From: an uncultured Planctomycetia bacterium
Lineage (GTDB): Bacteria; Omnitrophota; Gorgyraeia; JABMRN01; RBG-13-46-9
Direction: 5' to 3'
Assembly: GCA_964440235.1 (NCBI GenBank)
Contig: CAYTQI010000003.1
Coordinates: forward strand, 1,599-65,598
Length of the DNA: 64,000 nt
This document shows positions 9,185-18,522 of this stretch, piece after piece (the stretch's first letter is position 1; each line of letters opens with the position of its first letter). A program made the position numbers and the translations under genes. The notes beneath the pieces were generated by a model. The model worked only from the letters and a program-made list of their open reading frames with translations, had not been told where the DNA came from and ran no database searches.

Positions 9185-11497
9185 TCACCCCCTTTCTTCT
9201 TTGCCGTAAAACGTATATGTTTTATTGAACGTTATTTTATGAACCGAATTAAAACATTTGATAAGCATGGCCCCTTTTTTCCGGCTTTCGGCGAAAATTT
9301 TTATTTTTTTATTTCTAACGGAGACCCTCAGGATAGACTGGCGCCAGTTAAGGCAGAATTTTATATTTTTCCAGTGCTCGGGAAGCCGCGGCTCGAATGA
9401 AGGCAGGTTATGCATATTCCTGAAACCGGCAAACCCCATTACCACCGCCTGCCATGTGCCGCCCAGTGAGGCGGCATGTATGCCGTCACCCGTATTTGAA
9501 TGGGTATTTTTAAGATCCGCGTAGAGTGAAAAAAGAAAATACAGGTAGCTTCTCGTGCGATCTTTGACCTCGGAAGCGATTATTGAATGAATGCTCGGGC
9601 TGAGAGAAGATTTGTGCAGGGTTCTTTTTACATAATATAAATAATTTTTCGCGATATCGTTTTCCCTGAAATTTTCCGGTAAAACGTATGTAAGCATCAC
9701 GACGTCGGCCTGCTTTACCAGCTGTGTCTTCTTTATACCGGCCAGGGAAATTTCGTGAGGGGTAATCGGCATGAAATAGCTGTTAAATTTTTTCGGAATG
9801 ACGTCTTTTTTTCTGAAATATCCGTCGAATTCCTCAATAATCCCTTTTGATTTTGAAAACGGGAATTTTATATTTTTCGCTATGTCCGCCCAGTGCCGGA
9901 TCTCGCCTTCCTTGAGCGATATTTTCCTCGCTACCCTTCTCAGGCCCCGTGGCCTTTGCCTGTAAAAACGCCCGTATAGGTCTTTCGCCATCAGAAGGTT
10001 CCACCTGGCCATCTGGTTGGTATAGGCGTTATTGTTGACATTTTCGTGAAATTCGTCCGGGCCGATAACGCCGTTTATGTCAAATTTTTTCTTCTTTCCT
10101 TTACGCGTCACGCGGCTGGCCCAGAATCTGGCCGCCTCAAATATCATCTCAAGGCCGGCCTTCAGCATGAAATCAATGTCAGCCGTAATATTAAAATAAT
10201 GCCAGATGCCGTAGGAGACATCGGAAACGATATGGTGTTCAAGATCTCCGGTATGAATTTCTATGATGGAACCGTCCAGATTTTTCGCGTAGGGCGGCGT
10301 TGTCTCACCCCCGGTATCGGCGGATTCCCAGGGGAAAAGCGCGCCCCTGTAGCCCTTGGATTTAGCTATTTCCCGGGCCTCATCAAGCCGGTGAAATCTA
10401 TACATCAAAAGGTTTCTGGCTATGGCCGGAGACGTATATATGAAAAACGGCAGAATAAAAATCTCCGTATCCCAGAAAATATGCCCCCTGTAGCCGTGCC
10501 CGCTCAATGTCTTCGCTCCTATACTTACATTGTCATCGCCTTCCTTGCCCGATATAAGCAGATGGTACATGTTGAAACGCAGGGCCTTCTGGGCTTCTTT
10601 GTCACCCGCTATTTTTATATCCGCGTCATTCCATCTATCCCGCCACTTTTCGGTATGCCTTTTTAAAAGTTCCTTAAATCCAGCCTGTTTCGCCCATCGC
10701 AGGTCATTTACGGTTATTTTTTTCAATTTTTCGCGGCTTATGTGCTTGGATGTGTGTATTGAGAAAATTTTTGTGAAACACAGCGTTTCATTTCTTTTTA
10801 ACGACATGTTGAAAATTTTATTCAGAGTCCCCATGCCCTCGCCAAGCCCCCTTCCGACCGCGAGAAATGAGGCGTAGGCAATCCAGATCTTGTTCGTAAA
10901 AGTCTTTACGCAGAGATAGTTCAGGTCTTCGGCGGCTGAAACATCCACTAGCTGGGTATGCCTTTTTCTTCCCTCGAGAATGTCGCCGGGATTTGTCACC
11001 GAATCATCCACGGTATCCTGTACGATTATCCTGGCAGGCTTATCCATAGCCTTCAGATAAACCTGCATCGCGCCTATATGCGTATCACGCATGCTGAAAA
11101 ATCGGAGCGATTCATACAAAAATCTCCTTTTTTTCGTATCGGAAAATATCGTTTTCCTGGCGAGAATACCGTTTTTCAGGTCAAGGACCCTTTTGTTTTC
11201 TATAATATCCATTCTGCCGATATCCAGCTTTTCGCCTTCTACCGCGATTCGAAAATTAATCGGGTTAGGGGCGTTTACCAGTTCCGGAACCATGGAAACC
11301 GCTTTATCGTAAATACCTGCTATGTATGTACCGGCTTCCGTACCCTCGGGTATTTCTTCGTAAATACCCCTTGAACCGAGATATCCGTTTCCCAGGGTAA
11401 AAATACTTTCTCCCGCATTTAAACCTCGGGAAGAATATCCGTTTTCCGCTATAAGCCAGCTTTTATCGGCCAGATATTTATAAAATCTGCTTTTCAT
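9185..11497 (-). CDS. GH65 disaccharide phosphorylase (trehalose/kojibiose/maltose type)
   Basis: LGNGYLGSRG, GHIFWDTE, GPDEFH, KQADVV, SSLS motifs. Confidence 0.93.
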   Translation of the reverse strand: MKSRFYKYLADKSWLIAENGYSSRGLNAGESIFTLGNGYLGSRGIYEEIPEGTEAGTYIAGIYDKAVSMVPELVNAPNPINFRIAVEGEKLDIGRMDIIENKRVLDLKNGILARKTIFSDTKKRRFLYESLRFFSMRDTHIGAMQVYLKAMDKPARIIVQDTVDDSVTNPGDILEGRKRHTQLVDVSAAEDLNYLCVKTFTNKIWIAYASFLAVGRGLGEGMGTLNKIFNMSLKRNETLCFTKIFSIHTSKHISREKLKKITVNDLRWAKQAGFKELLKRHTEKWRDRWNDADIKIAGDKEAQKALRFNMYHLLISGKEGDDNVSIGAKTLSGHGYRGHIFWDTEIFILPFFIYTSPAIARNLLMYRFHRLDEAREIAKSKGYRGALFPWESADTGGETTPPYAKNLDGSIIEIHTGDLEHHIVSDVSYGIWHYFNITADIDFMLKAGLEMIFEAARFWASRVTRKGKKKKFDINGVIGPDEFHENVNNNAYTNQMARWNLLMAKDLYGRFYRQRPRGLRRVARKISLKEGEIRHWADIAKNIKFPFSKSKGIIEEFDGYFRKKDVIPKKFNSYFMPITPHEISLAGIKKTQLVKQADVVMLTYVLPENFRENDIAKNYLYYVKRTLHKSSLSPSIHSIIASEVKDRTRSYLYFLFSLYADLKNTHSNTGDGIHAASLGGTWQAVVMGFAGFRNMHNLPSFEPRLPEHWKNIKFCLNWRQSILRVSVRNKKIKIFAESRKKGAMLIKCFNSVHKITFNKTYTFYGKEERG

Positions 11498-12147
11498 TCC
11501 TTAAAAAGTCCTTTCAGTTTCGCGTAATCGACCTCCGCGAGATCCCTCACCACTATATCCGCTTTTTTAAGAAACCCTTTGCCTTCTTTTCTTTCGATGC
11601 CAACCGAAAGCATGAGTCCGTTTTTGGCGGCTTCCACCCCGAGTATCGCGTCTTCAAAAACCACTACTTCCGCCGGTGAAAGCCCGAGCCTCGAGGCGGC
11701 CGTGAGAAATATCTCGGGGTCCGGCTTTCCTTTTTTAAAATCTTTCCCGCTTACGATAACGTCAAAAAAAGCAACCAGCTTCGTTTTCTCCAGTATATAC
11801 CTGCAATTCCTGCTTGAAGACGCGGCGGCGATTTTTATACCGTTTTTCTTAAGCTCGTTTATCAGGTTCACCGTGGAGGGATAGGTTTCAATCTCCCCGG
11901 CGTCAACGAGTTCAAGATAATATCGCTGTTTTTTTAAGGCTGCCTTCTCAAGTTCCGCGGCATCCAGGCCGGTAAGAATAGCCCTCGCTCCGTCAAGACG
12001 CGGTATGCCGTCGACTTTCCGCTTATAATCCTCGTGGGTAAAATTCCTGCCGTATTCGGAAAACATTTTCTTCCATGCCTCGAAATGCAACGGCACTGTA
12101 TCCACAATAACGCCGTCCAGGTCGAATATAGCTCCTTTAAAACTCAT
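11494..12147 (-). CDS. pgmB: beta-phosphoglucomutase (HAD family)
   Basis: FDLDGVIVDT, KPDPEIF, FEDA; adjacent to GH65. Confidence 0.88.
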   Translation of the reverse strand: MSFKGAIFDLDGVIVDTVPLHFEAWKKMFSEYGRNFTHEDYKRKVDGIPRLDGARAILTGLDAAELEKAALKKQRYYLELVDAGEIETYPSTVNLINELKKNGIKIAAASSSRNCRYILEKTKLVAFFDVIVSGKDFKKGKPDPEIFLTAASRLGLSPAEVVVFEDAILGVEAAKNGLMLSVGIERKEGKGFLKKADIVVRDLAEVDYAKLKGLFKE

Positions 12148-12566
12148 TTTCTCACCATCTTTCCCACCCTACCAAAAAATCCTATTACAAGAAAAATAAA
12201 AAGGGTGCCCACCAGAGAAATATAATACTTTCCGAGGCCGATGGCGAGGCCGATAGCGCCCATTACCCATATCCCGGCCGCGGTCGTAAGGCCTTTCACG
12301 GAAGCGCCTTCACGCATTATCACGCCCCCGCCGAGAAAGCCCATACCTATGAGGAGCCCCTGCGCGAGCCGCAATATGTCGGCCTCCGGATAACTCGCTG
12401 TCAGCTCAAGCCCGATCAGGGCAAACATACAGGAGCCCATGCAAACTAAAATATGCGTCCTCAGCCCGGCCGCCTTGTCGCTGATTTCCCGCTCCATACC
12501 TATTATTGACCCGCACACGATAGCCAAAAAAAGGCGCAGAACTAAGGTATTAACGGATATTATCAT
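12144..12566 (-). CDS. MgtC/SapB family membrane protein
   Basis: IGMERE, AGLRTH, GLTTAA. Confidence 0.92.
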   Translation of the reverse strand: MIISVNTLVLRLFLAIVCGSIIGMEREISDKAAGLRTHILVCMGSCMFALIGLELTASYPEADILRLAQGLLIGMGFLGGGVIMREGASVKGLTTAAGIWVMGAIGLAIGLGKYYISLVGTLFIFLVIGFFGRVGKMVRK

Positions 12567-12567
12567 T

Positions 12568-13590
12568 TTACCCTCCTGCTATAAAATTAAAATACGCGCT
12601 CAAAAGAAAAATAATGAAGATGACCGGAACGTACCAGCTTATATTAAGAAAACTTTTTTTTGGCTTCGTCGCCATACCGATAATCACAACGGCTGTCATG
12701 GCCATGACCGAGAAGGCCTGGCGAAGATGGCCCGGAGAAACAGCCCCGAGTATCGGGCCTTTCCGGTATAAAACGTCGTTTACGAAAATAATAGCGATAT
12801 TAAAAAGATTGCTTCCGAGCATGTTGGCCACGGCGATTTCCCGGGCCCCTATGATAAGCGCCGCCACGGAAACGGTGATTTCCGGAAGCGTGGTAGCCAA
12901 CCCCATGAAAAGGCTGCCCACGAAACTCTGGCTGAGCCCCATGATTTCCGATATCTCCTTACCTATATAAGCAAGCCAGATACCGCTTAATATGATCACG
13001 CCCGCGGAAATTCCGTAATGGATATAAGCTTTTTTTAGAGAAATATCGCCGTATCTGGCGGACGAATTTCCGGGCCGGTTAATATTCTCTTTTTTCGCGG
13101 ATTTTCTTTTTTCAAGATTATAAATAACTCTTGTGATGATACAATATGAAACAACGATAGCAATGCTGAAAAAACCTACATTTTCTACGCTCCATACGTG
13201 AAAACCGCTTTTCCATAATATTATCCCGAGCGTGGCCAGTAAAAGGGGTATCAGCGTAAAAACAGCCGTTAAAAGCTGGCCGGGCCCGAGAGAGGAAAGC
13301 AGCGGGCTTCCTTTCGCGAGCAGATCAAGAAATCCGATATTCAAAAGATTATATGAATTCGCCCCGAACAGGTTACCAACCGTAAGATCCGGCGCGTCTA
13401 TAAAAACAATGCTGCCGATACCGGTAAAAAGTTCCGGGAGGCTTGTCGCCACCGCCACGAGAATAAGGCCTATCCACAATCCACCGAGCCCGGTTTTCCA
13501 GGCTATGACATCGGCATATCTGGCGATGCGCTTGCCGGCGAAAAGGATAAGCAGCGCGCATATCCCGAATTTAACCCACATCATATACAT
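12568..13590 (-). CDS. Na+/Ca2+ (CaCA, YrbG-like) antiporter
   Basis: Two alpha repeats: ATSLPE...GN and ATTLPE...GSN. Confidence 0.9.
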   Translation of the reverse strand: MYMMWVKFGICALLILFAGKRIARYADVIAWKTGLGGLWIGLILVAVATSLPELFTGIGSIVFIDAPDLTVGNLFGANSYNLLNIGFLDLLAKGSPLLSSLGPGQLLTAVFTLIPLLLATLGIILWKSGFHVWSVENVGFFSIAIVVSYCIITRVIYNLEKRKSAKKENINRPGNSSARYGDISLKKAYIHYGISAGVIILSGIWLAYIGKEISEIMGLSQSFVGSLFMGLATTLPEITVSVAALIIGAREIAVANMLGSNLFNIAIIFVNDVLYRKGPILGAVSPGHLRQAFSVMAMTAVVIIGMATKPKKSFLNISWYVPVIFIIFLLSAYFNFIAGG

Positions 13591-13638
13591 TTTCTCACCC
13601 TTTTAACCCTCATCGGCCCTTGAGGTATCATCGCGGAA

Positions 13639-14643
13639 TTACCACACTCCCTCTACTGCCGTATTACACGCGGGACATTTTCCGTTTTTTATATTATTTT
13701 CTTCGACAGCATAACCTGCCCTGACAATAAGCTTATGGCCGCATTCATGGCATACTGTATCGATTTCTTCGGCAACGTTACCCGGATATATGTATTTGAG
13801 GCCCGCCGCCTTCCCTATTGATTCGGCTTTTCTAAGGCTCTCGAGCGGGGTTTCTTTCGTATCCGTAAATTGATAATCAGGGTGAAACCTGCTTACATGC
13901 CAGGGGATAGCCGCGTCAACGCTTTTTATAAACCCCGCGATACCTTTTAACTCCTTATCACTGTCGTTCAGCCCCGGCACTACAAGCGTCGTAATCTCAA
14001 CCCACATCCCAAGCTTCTTCATGAGCCGGATAGATTCAAGAACCGGTTTAAGAGAGGCCTCGCATATTCTTTTATACATTTTTTCATTAAAAAATTTTAG
14101 GTCCACGTTGCAGGCGTCAAGATATGGTTTTATTTTTTTAAGCGCTTTGCCTGTCATGTATCCGTTTGTCACGAAGGTATTAAAGATCCCCTCCTGCCCG
14201 GCGAGTTTAGAGGTATCATAAGCGTATTCAAAAAATACGGTCGGCTCCGTATAGGTGTAAGAAATACTTTTACATTTGTTTCTCTTCGCCTGCCTTACGA
14301 TTTCTTCGGGCGTAAGACCCACCCCGGCGGAAAAACCGTTTTTTTTCGACTGCTGCGATATCTGCCAGTTCTGGCAGAACGGGCAACGGAAATTACATCC
14401 GGCGGTCGCGACGGAAAACGCATTCGTGCCCGGAAGAAAATGGTAAAACGGTTTTTTCTCTATCGGGTCCACGTGCGCGGCGGCTGCCTCGGCATATACA
14501 CATGTATAAAGAACGCCTTTTTCGTTTTTGCGGACGCCGCAAAAACCGTATCGCGAATCGTCTATTTCGCAATTGTGGGCGCATAAGAGGCAGCGAACGC
14601 GATTATTTTCGAGTTTTTCGTAAAGTAATGCCTCTTTTTTCAT
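13639..14643 (-). CDS. AmmeMemoRadiSam system radical SAM enzyme
   Basis: CLLCAHNC, DPIEKKP, CNFRCPFCQNWQIS, YTYTEP. Start at MKKEALLY. Confidence 0.92.
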   Translation of the reverse strand: MKKEALLYEKLENNRVRCLLCAHNCEIDDSRYGFCGVRKNEKGVLYTCVYAEAAAAHVDPIEKKPFYHFLPGTNAFSVATAGCNFRCPFCQNWQISQQSKKNGFSAGVGLTPEEIVRQAKRNKCKSISYTYTEPTVFFEYAYDTSKLAGQEGIFNTFVTNGYMTGKALKKIKPYLDACNVDLKFFNEKMYKRICEASLKPVLESIRLMKKLGMWVEITTLVVPGLNDSDKELKGIAGFIKSVDAAIPWHVSRFHPDYQFTDTKETPLESLRKAESIGKAAGLKYIYPGNVAEEIDTVCHECGHKLIVRAGYAVEENNIKNGKCPACNTAVEGVW

Positions 14644-14645
14644 AA

Positions 14646-15308
14646 CTACCGTCCGGCCCGGTCCGGCCGGACGAATCGGCCCGCTGAAGGGCATAGACGC
14701 CTTATGGCGCATTCCGCGCAGAGGGCCTTTCGCGCGCCGCAAATCTTACGTCCATGACTGACAAGAAGATAATTAAAATCAAGCCAGTCGCCGCGCGGGA
14801 CTATTTTCATAAGATCTTTTTCGATCCTGACAGGGTCTTTCTCGGCACTCAAACCGATTCTTTGTGAAAGCCGCTTGAGGTGGGTATCAACCGCTATGCC
14901 CTCGGCTTTCCCGAAAGAACCGGAAAGCACGATATTGGCAGTTTTCCGCGCCACCCCCGGAAGGCTCGTAAGGGCACTCATTGTATCGGGAACCCTGCCG
15001 GCGAATTCCTTCACTATCTTTTTTGACGCGGCTATGATATTCCTCGCCTTGCTTTTGTAGAAACCGGCAGAGTGTATCTCTTTTTCCAGAATACTTTGTT
15101 TTAAACGGGAAAAGCTGCCCGGATCTTTGTATTTTTTGAAAAGCCCCGGCGTTATTTCATTGACGCGCTTATCGGTGCATTGCGCCGAAAGCATTGTAGA
15201 TACGAGAAGTTCGAAAGGCGACCTGTGGCGTAACGATGTTTTCGCATCAGGGTATTCTCTGCGGAGTATTTTTATAATACGTTTAATCCGTTTTTTCGCT
15301 GATTTCAT
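14646..15308 (-). CDS. nth: endonuclease III
   Basis: LSAQCTD, LPGVARKTAN, VDTH, C-terminal 4Fe-4S Cys motif. Confidence 0.95.
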   Translation of the reverse strand: MKSAKKRIKRIIKILRREYPDAKTSLRHRSPFELLVSTMLSAQCTDKRVNEITPGLFKKYKDPGSFSRLKQSILEKEIHSAGFYKSKARNIIAASKKIVKEFAGRVPDTMSALTSLPGVARKTANIVLSGSFGKAEGIAVDTHLKRLSQRIGLSAEKDPVRIEKDLMKIVPRGDWLDFNYLLVSHGRKICGARKALCAECAIRRLCPSAGRFVRPDRAGR

Positions 15309-15341
15309 ACTATCCGGCCCCGCGGATCATGCAGGACTAAT

Positions 15342-15908
15342 TTACCTTTTAAACTTTCCCATGAGCTCGGCTTCCGCGATGACCCGTCCCTTTATAGCGT
15401 CCAAAAGAGCTTTTTTGGTAAGCCCGGGTTTCAAATTTAATTTCGTCCCGAGCGCGTAAAGTTTAAAAAAATACCTGTGCGCCGCGCCCGGCGGCGGATA
15501 TGGCCCTCCGTAACCTGTGCTCCCGAAACTGGTCATGCCCTGCATGGAACCGTCCGGTAAAAGGCCGTCTTTTTTTATTTTTTCCGGGAGGCCTTTTTTA
15601 TCCGCGGGAATATTATATAAAACCCAGTGAACCCACGTCCCCATGGGCGCGTCAGGATCGTCTGATATAAGCGCGAAGCTTTTTGTATCCGCCGGCGCCG
15701 AGCTCCATTCAAGCGGCGGTGAAATGTCCTCGCCTTCACCGGTATATTTATCCGGTATAAATTCCCCGTTTTTGAAAACCGGGCTCGTTAATTCAAGCGC
15801 CATAACACCACCCCCTGCCGTTACGGTAAAAATCAAAATATAAAATCCGAGTAAAAAACGAAATCCCGCGCCGCCGGGTATAAGCGGCGGGATAAACTTC
15901 AAAGTCAT
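15342..15908 (-). CDS. YbhB/YbcL (PEBP/Raf kinase inhibitor-like) protein
   Basis: DDPDAP..WVHW, GYGGP.PP, HRYFFKLYAL. Possible N-terminal signal; alternative start at 15803. Confidence 0.92.
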   Translation of the reverse strand: MTLKFIPPLIPGGAGFRFLLGFYILIFTVTAGGGVMALELTSPVFKNGEFIPDKYTGEGEDISPPLEWSSAPADTKSFALISDDPDAPMGTWVHWVLYNIPADKKGLPEKIKKDGLLPDGSMQGMTSFGSTGYGGPYPPPGAAHRYFFKLYALGTKLNLKPGLTKKALLDAIKGRVIAEAELMGKFKR

Positions 15909-15909
15909 A

Positions 15910-16917
15910 TCAAGGCCACCGGTGCTGATCGCCCTTTACATTACATTCAACATCGGTAATAGCGTCCCCTTTGAATATCATGGTATAATCCTTGCCTTTC
16001 CCGCTGCCCGAAGGGCAGCTATGCCACTTCTCGTTTCTAAGATACTTTCTTTCCGAAAGGGCATCCAGGCGTTCCTCATCGCTCATATCCGCCAGGGAAT
16101 CTGTTTCATTTAAAATATACCCCACCGCTGCGGCAAAAATCGCCTTCTGGTTGGCAAGGCACAACTCATTTTGCGTGCTTGAACGGGCTTTCATGTAATT
16201 CGGTATGGCTATCATCATCAAAAGTCCGACAATGGCGGTTATAACCAGTATTTCAAAAACAGTAAACCCCGACGCGGTATAAATTATATCCTTACCGAGC
16301 CGCCTTATGTTTTTTACACGCAACCCGAAGGCGTTTTTTATGCTCTTGATACCCATATCCCCTACGCTTTCCACCCCCTTGCCCATGATCTTTGGCGATA
16401 TAACAGCTATAACCTTATCGGCGAGGCGGGCCTTCAGAAAGGAAGCGATAACACGCGAACCGCCCTCCACAAGTATTTTTCTCATTCCTCTCTTATAAAG
16501 TATACGGATAATCGCGTTCAAGTCAATATGGCCGTTTTTCGCGGCCGGTAAAACAATAATTTCAATTCCGGCGTTTTCAAAGTACTTTATTTTACCGACC
16601 GGGGCCGCAGGTGTCGTGATAATCATTGTTTTCGCGAGATCGGTTTTTTTCACGACGCGCGCGCTCTCCGGCACGCGAAGCCTGCTGTCAATAATAACCC
16701 TGGCTGGATTTTTCCCCTTAGCAAGGCGGACGGTAAGAGACGGGTCGTCGTTCAGGACAGTTTCTATCCCCACGATAACGGCATCGTTTTTCGCGCGTAA
16801 GGCATGGGCGAATTTCCGTGAGCGCGGGGCGCTTATCCACTTTGACGAGCCGTCGGGAGCGGCTATTTTTCCGTCAAGCGTCTGAGCGAATTTTACCGTT
16901 ATGTAAGGCCTTTTCAT
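15910..16917 (-). CDS. RibD C-terminal reductase domain fused to a type IV pilin
   Basis: Residues 1-215 are RibD_C (AQTLDGKIA, DAVIVG, DDPSLTVR, VEGG). Residue 217 onward is G|FTVFEILVITAIVGLLMMIAIPNY, a class III signal/pilin N-terminal helix. Confidence 0.85.
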   Translation of the reverse strand: MKRPYITVKFAQTLDGKIAAPDGSSKWISAPRSRKFAHALRAKNDAVIVGIETVLNDDPSLTVRLAKGKNPARVIIDSRLRVPESARVVKKTDLAKTMIITTPAAPVGKIKYFENAGIEIIVLPAAKNGHIDLNAIIRILYKRGMRKILVEGGSRVIASFLKARLADKVIAVISPKIMGKGVESVGDMGIKSIKNAFGLRVKNIRRLGKDIIYTASGFTVFEILVITAIVGLLMMIAIPNYMKARSSTQNELCLANQKAIFAAAVGYILNETDSLADMSDEERLDALSERKYLRNEKWHSCPSGSGKGKDYTMIFKGDAITDVECNVKGDQHRWP

Positions 16918-17189
16918 TATTGAAAGCTATAGTGTTTTCTCACCGGATTCCTTATGTCCCATACACAGCTCAGGCCTTTCGGGAACGTAACAAAATCACC
17001 CGGGCCGAAGTTTACGTTTTTTCCGTCTTTCGTTTCGACGCTAACTTTTCCCTCCAGGATGTAACACATTTCCGTATCATCATAATGCCATTCAAAACGT
17101 GATATTTCTTTTTCCCATACCGGCCACGAAAAAACTCCCATTTCCTTAAGTTTTTTTTCGGATAATTTTTCAACCCTTATCTGTTCCAT
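16917..17189 (-). CDS. cupin (DUF861/EutQ-like)
   Basis: WPVWEKE..FEWHY..E.CYILEG.V...GDFVTFPKG...WDI. Confidence 0.9.
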   Translation of the reverse strand: MEQIRVEKLSEKKLKEMGVFSWPVWEKEISRFEWHYDDTEMCYILEGKVSVETKDGKNVNFGPGDFVTFPKGLSCVWDIRNPVRKHYSFQ

Positions 17190-17192
17190 TTT

Positions 17193-18383
17193 TCACCTCG
17201 GGCCCAGCAGGACCCAGTAGTCGGTTTTTTTCTTAACTTTAAAAAGATAGAGCCGGCGGTTCAGGTTCGGCTGCCTCCCTAAAATACGGATATAAAAATC
17301 GTCAAAATAGTCCGGGGATTCAAGGTAATAGCCGTGGCGGGCGCTCGCGTTATTTACCGGGGTTACGTCAACCAGGGAAATCTTATCCGGCTGAAGCGAT
17401 TTGAGATACATCAAATTTTTCATCTCCTCGAACTGCTTGTGGCTTTTCACGCTTTCAGAGGGCTTTATTACCTGACGGCCCAGTTTCCTCTCGCCGTCTA
17501 TGATTCCGCTTAAAAGAAGCGCCTCGTCATCCGAAGAAACATACGCTGTCAGGAATCTGGTAAGAGAGGCTATTTCGTCTTTGAAGTCGCTGTCAAATTC
17601 ACCTTCTGCGACATCAGGCGCGGAAAGTATTACATGGTCTATTTCGAAATCCGAATCGGCGAAATCGGAACTTTTGCACATGCTCCCGAAGGCCGAGCAC
17701 ACGACCTGGGCGCCAAGGCTGGACGAGGCGAGCCAGAGTTTTTGCGGCCTCACCTCCCGCACGATCTTTCCCATAAGGTTGCACAGGTATGGGCCGGATT
17801 TCTCGGCCAGTTTCCTCGCTTTTCCGTAACCCTCCAGGGATACCGGCTGGTTGCCCGGCCAGTCAAAAAGAAGAACCGGCGTATTGACATCAAGCAGATA
17901 GGCGAAATAGGCCGCTTTTATCGCCGTAACCTCAAAATCATCCTTGTAACCGAAGGTAAGCACGAGCAGGGAATTATGCGGTGAATTTTTAACCGCCTCC
18001 TGCAGCTCTGAAATAAAATCATCTGTTTTCATTTTCTCAAGATCATCCATTTTTATCATGCCCCTTCGCTTAAGGGCGGCGGGACGCATTCTTCCTATCT
18101 TGAGGCCCGGATCCACCTTGATATCCATTTTCCCGTATGATATGTCCTCACCGATTTTCGGCAGGAAACATGACGAAAAATTCTTTCCCTCCCCGATATC
18201 CCGGCATGTCGCGTAGAAAATATTTATTACCCTGTAGCGGCCGTCAAGTTTATAGGGAATGCGCCTGTACAGGTCTTTTACATAAGGCGCGGCCGTTTGT
18301 ATGGGGAAATAGGAACAGCCCTGTAAGAATACGCCCAGGAACGTGATCAGCAGGGTTGAAAATAAAAACCGATTTTTTTTCAT
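17193..18383 (-). CDS. alpha/beta hydrolase lipoprotein (DUF900-like)
   Basis: Lipobox LQGC, IFYATCR, FDWPG, SSLG, APDV, HGYY. Confidence 0.8.
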   Translation of the reverse strand: MKKNRFLFSTLLITFLGVFLQGCSYFPIQTAAPYVKDLYRRIPYKLDGRYRVINIFYATCRDIGEGKNFSSCFLPKIGEDISYGKMDIKVDPGLKIGRMRPAALKRRGMIKMDDLEKMKTDDFISELQEAVKNSPHNSLLVLTFGYKDDFEVTAIKAAYFAYLLDVNTPVLLFDWPGNQPVSLEGYGKARKLAEKSGPYLCNLMGKIVREVRPQKLWLASSSLGAQVVCSAFGSMCKSSDFADSDFEIDHVILSAPDVAEGEFDSDFKDEIASLTRFLTAYVSSDDEALLLSGIIDGERKLGRQVIKPSESVKSHKQFEEMKNLMYLKSLQPDKISLVDVTPVNNASARHGYYLESPDYFDDFYIRILGRQPNLNRRLYLFKVKKKTDYWVLLGPR

Positions 18384-18522
18384 ACTACCCCCTTTTATCC
18401 GCGGTTTTGATCATGCCTCTTTTCAATTATACCTTTAGAGATGAAAAGCCTCAAGTTTTATTTACGCGTAAAAATTATCCGCAACGTCAGGAAAGGCCTA
18501 AAACCGCCCTTCGGCTTTAACT

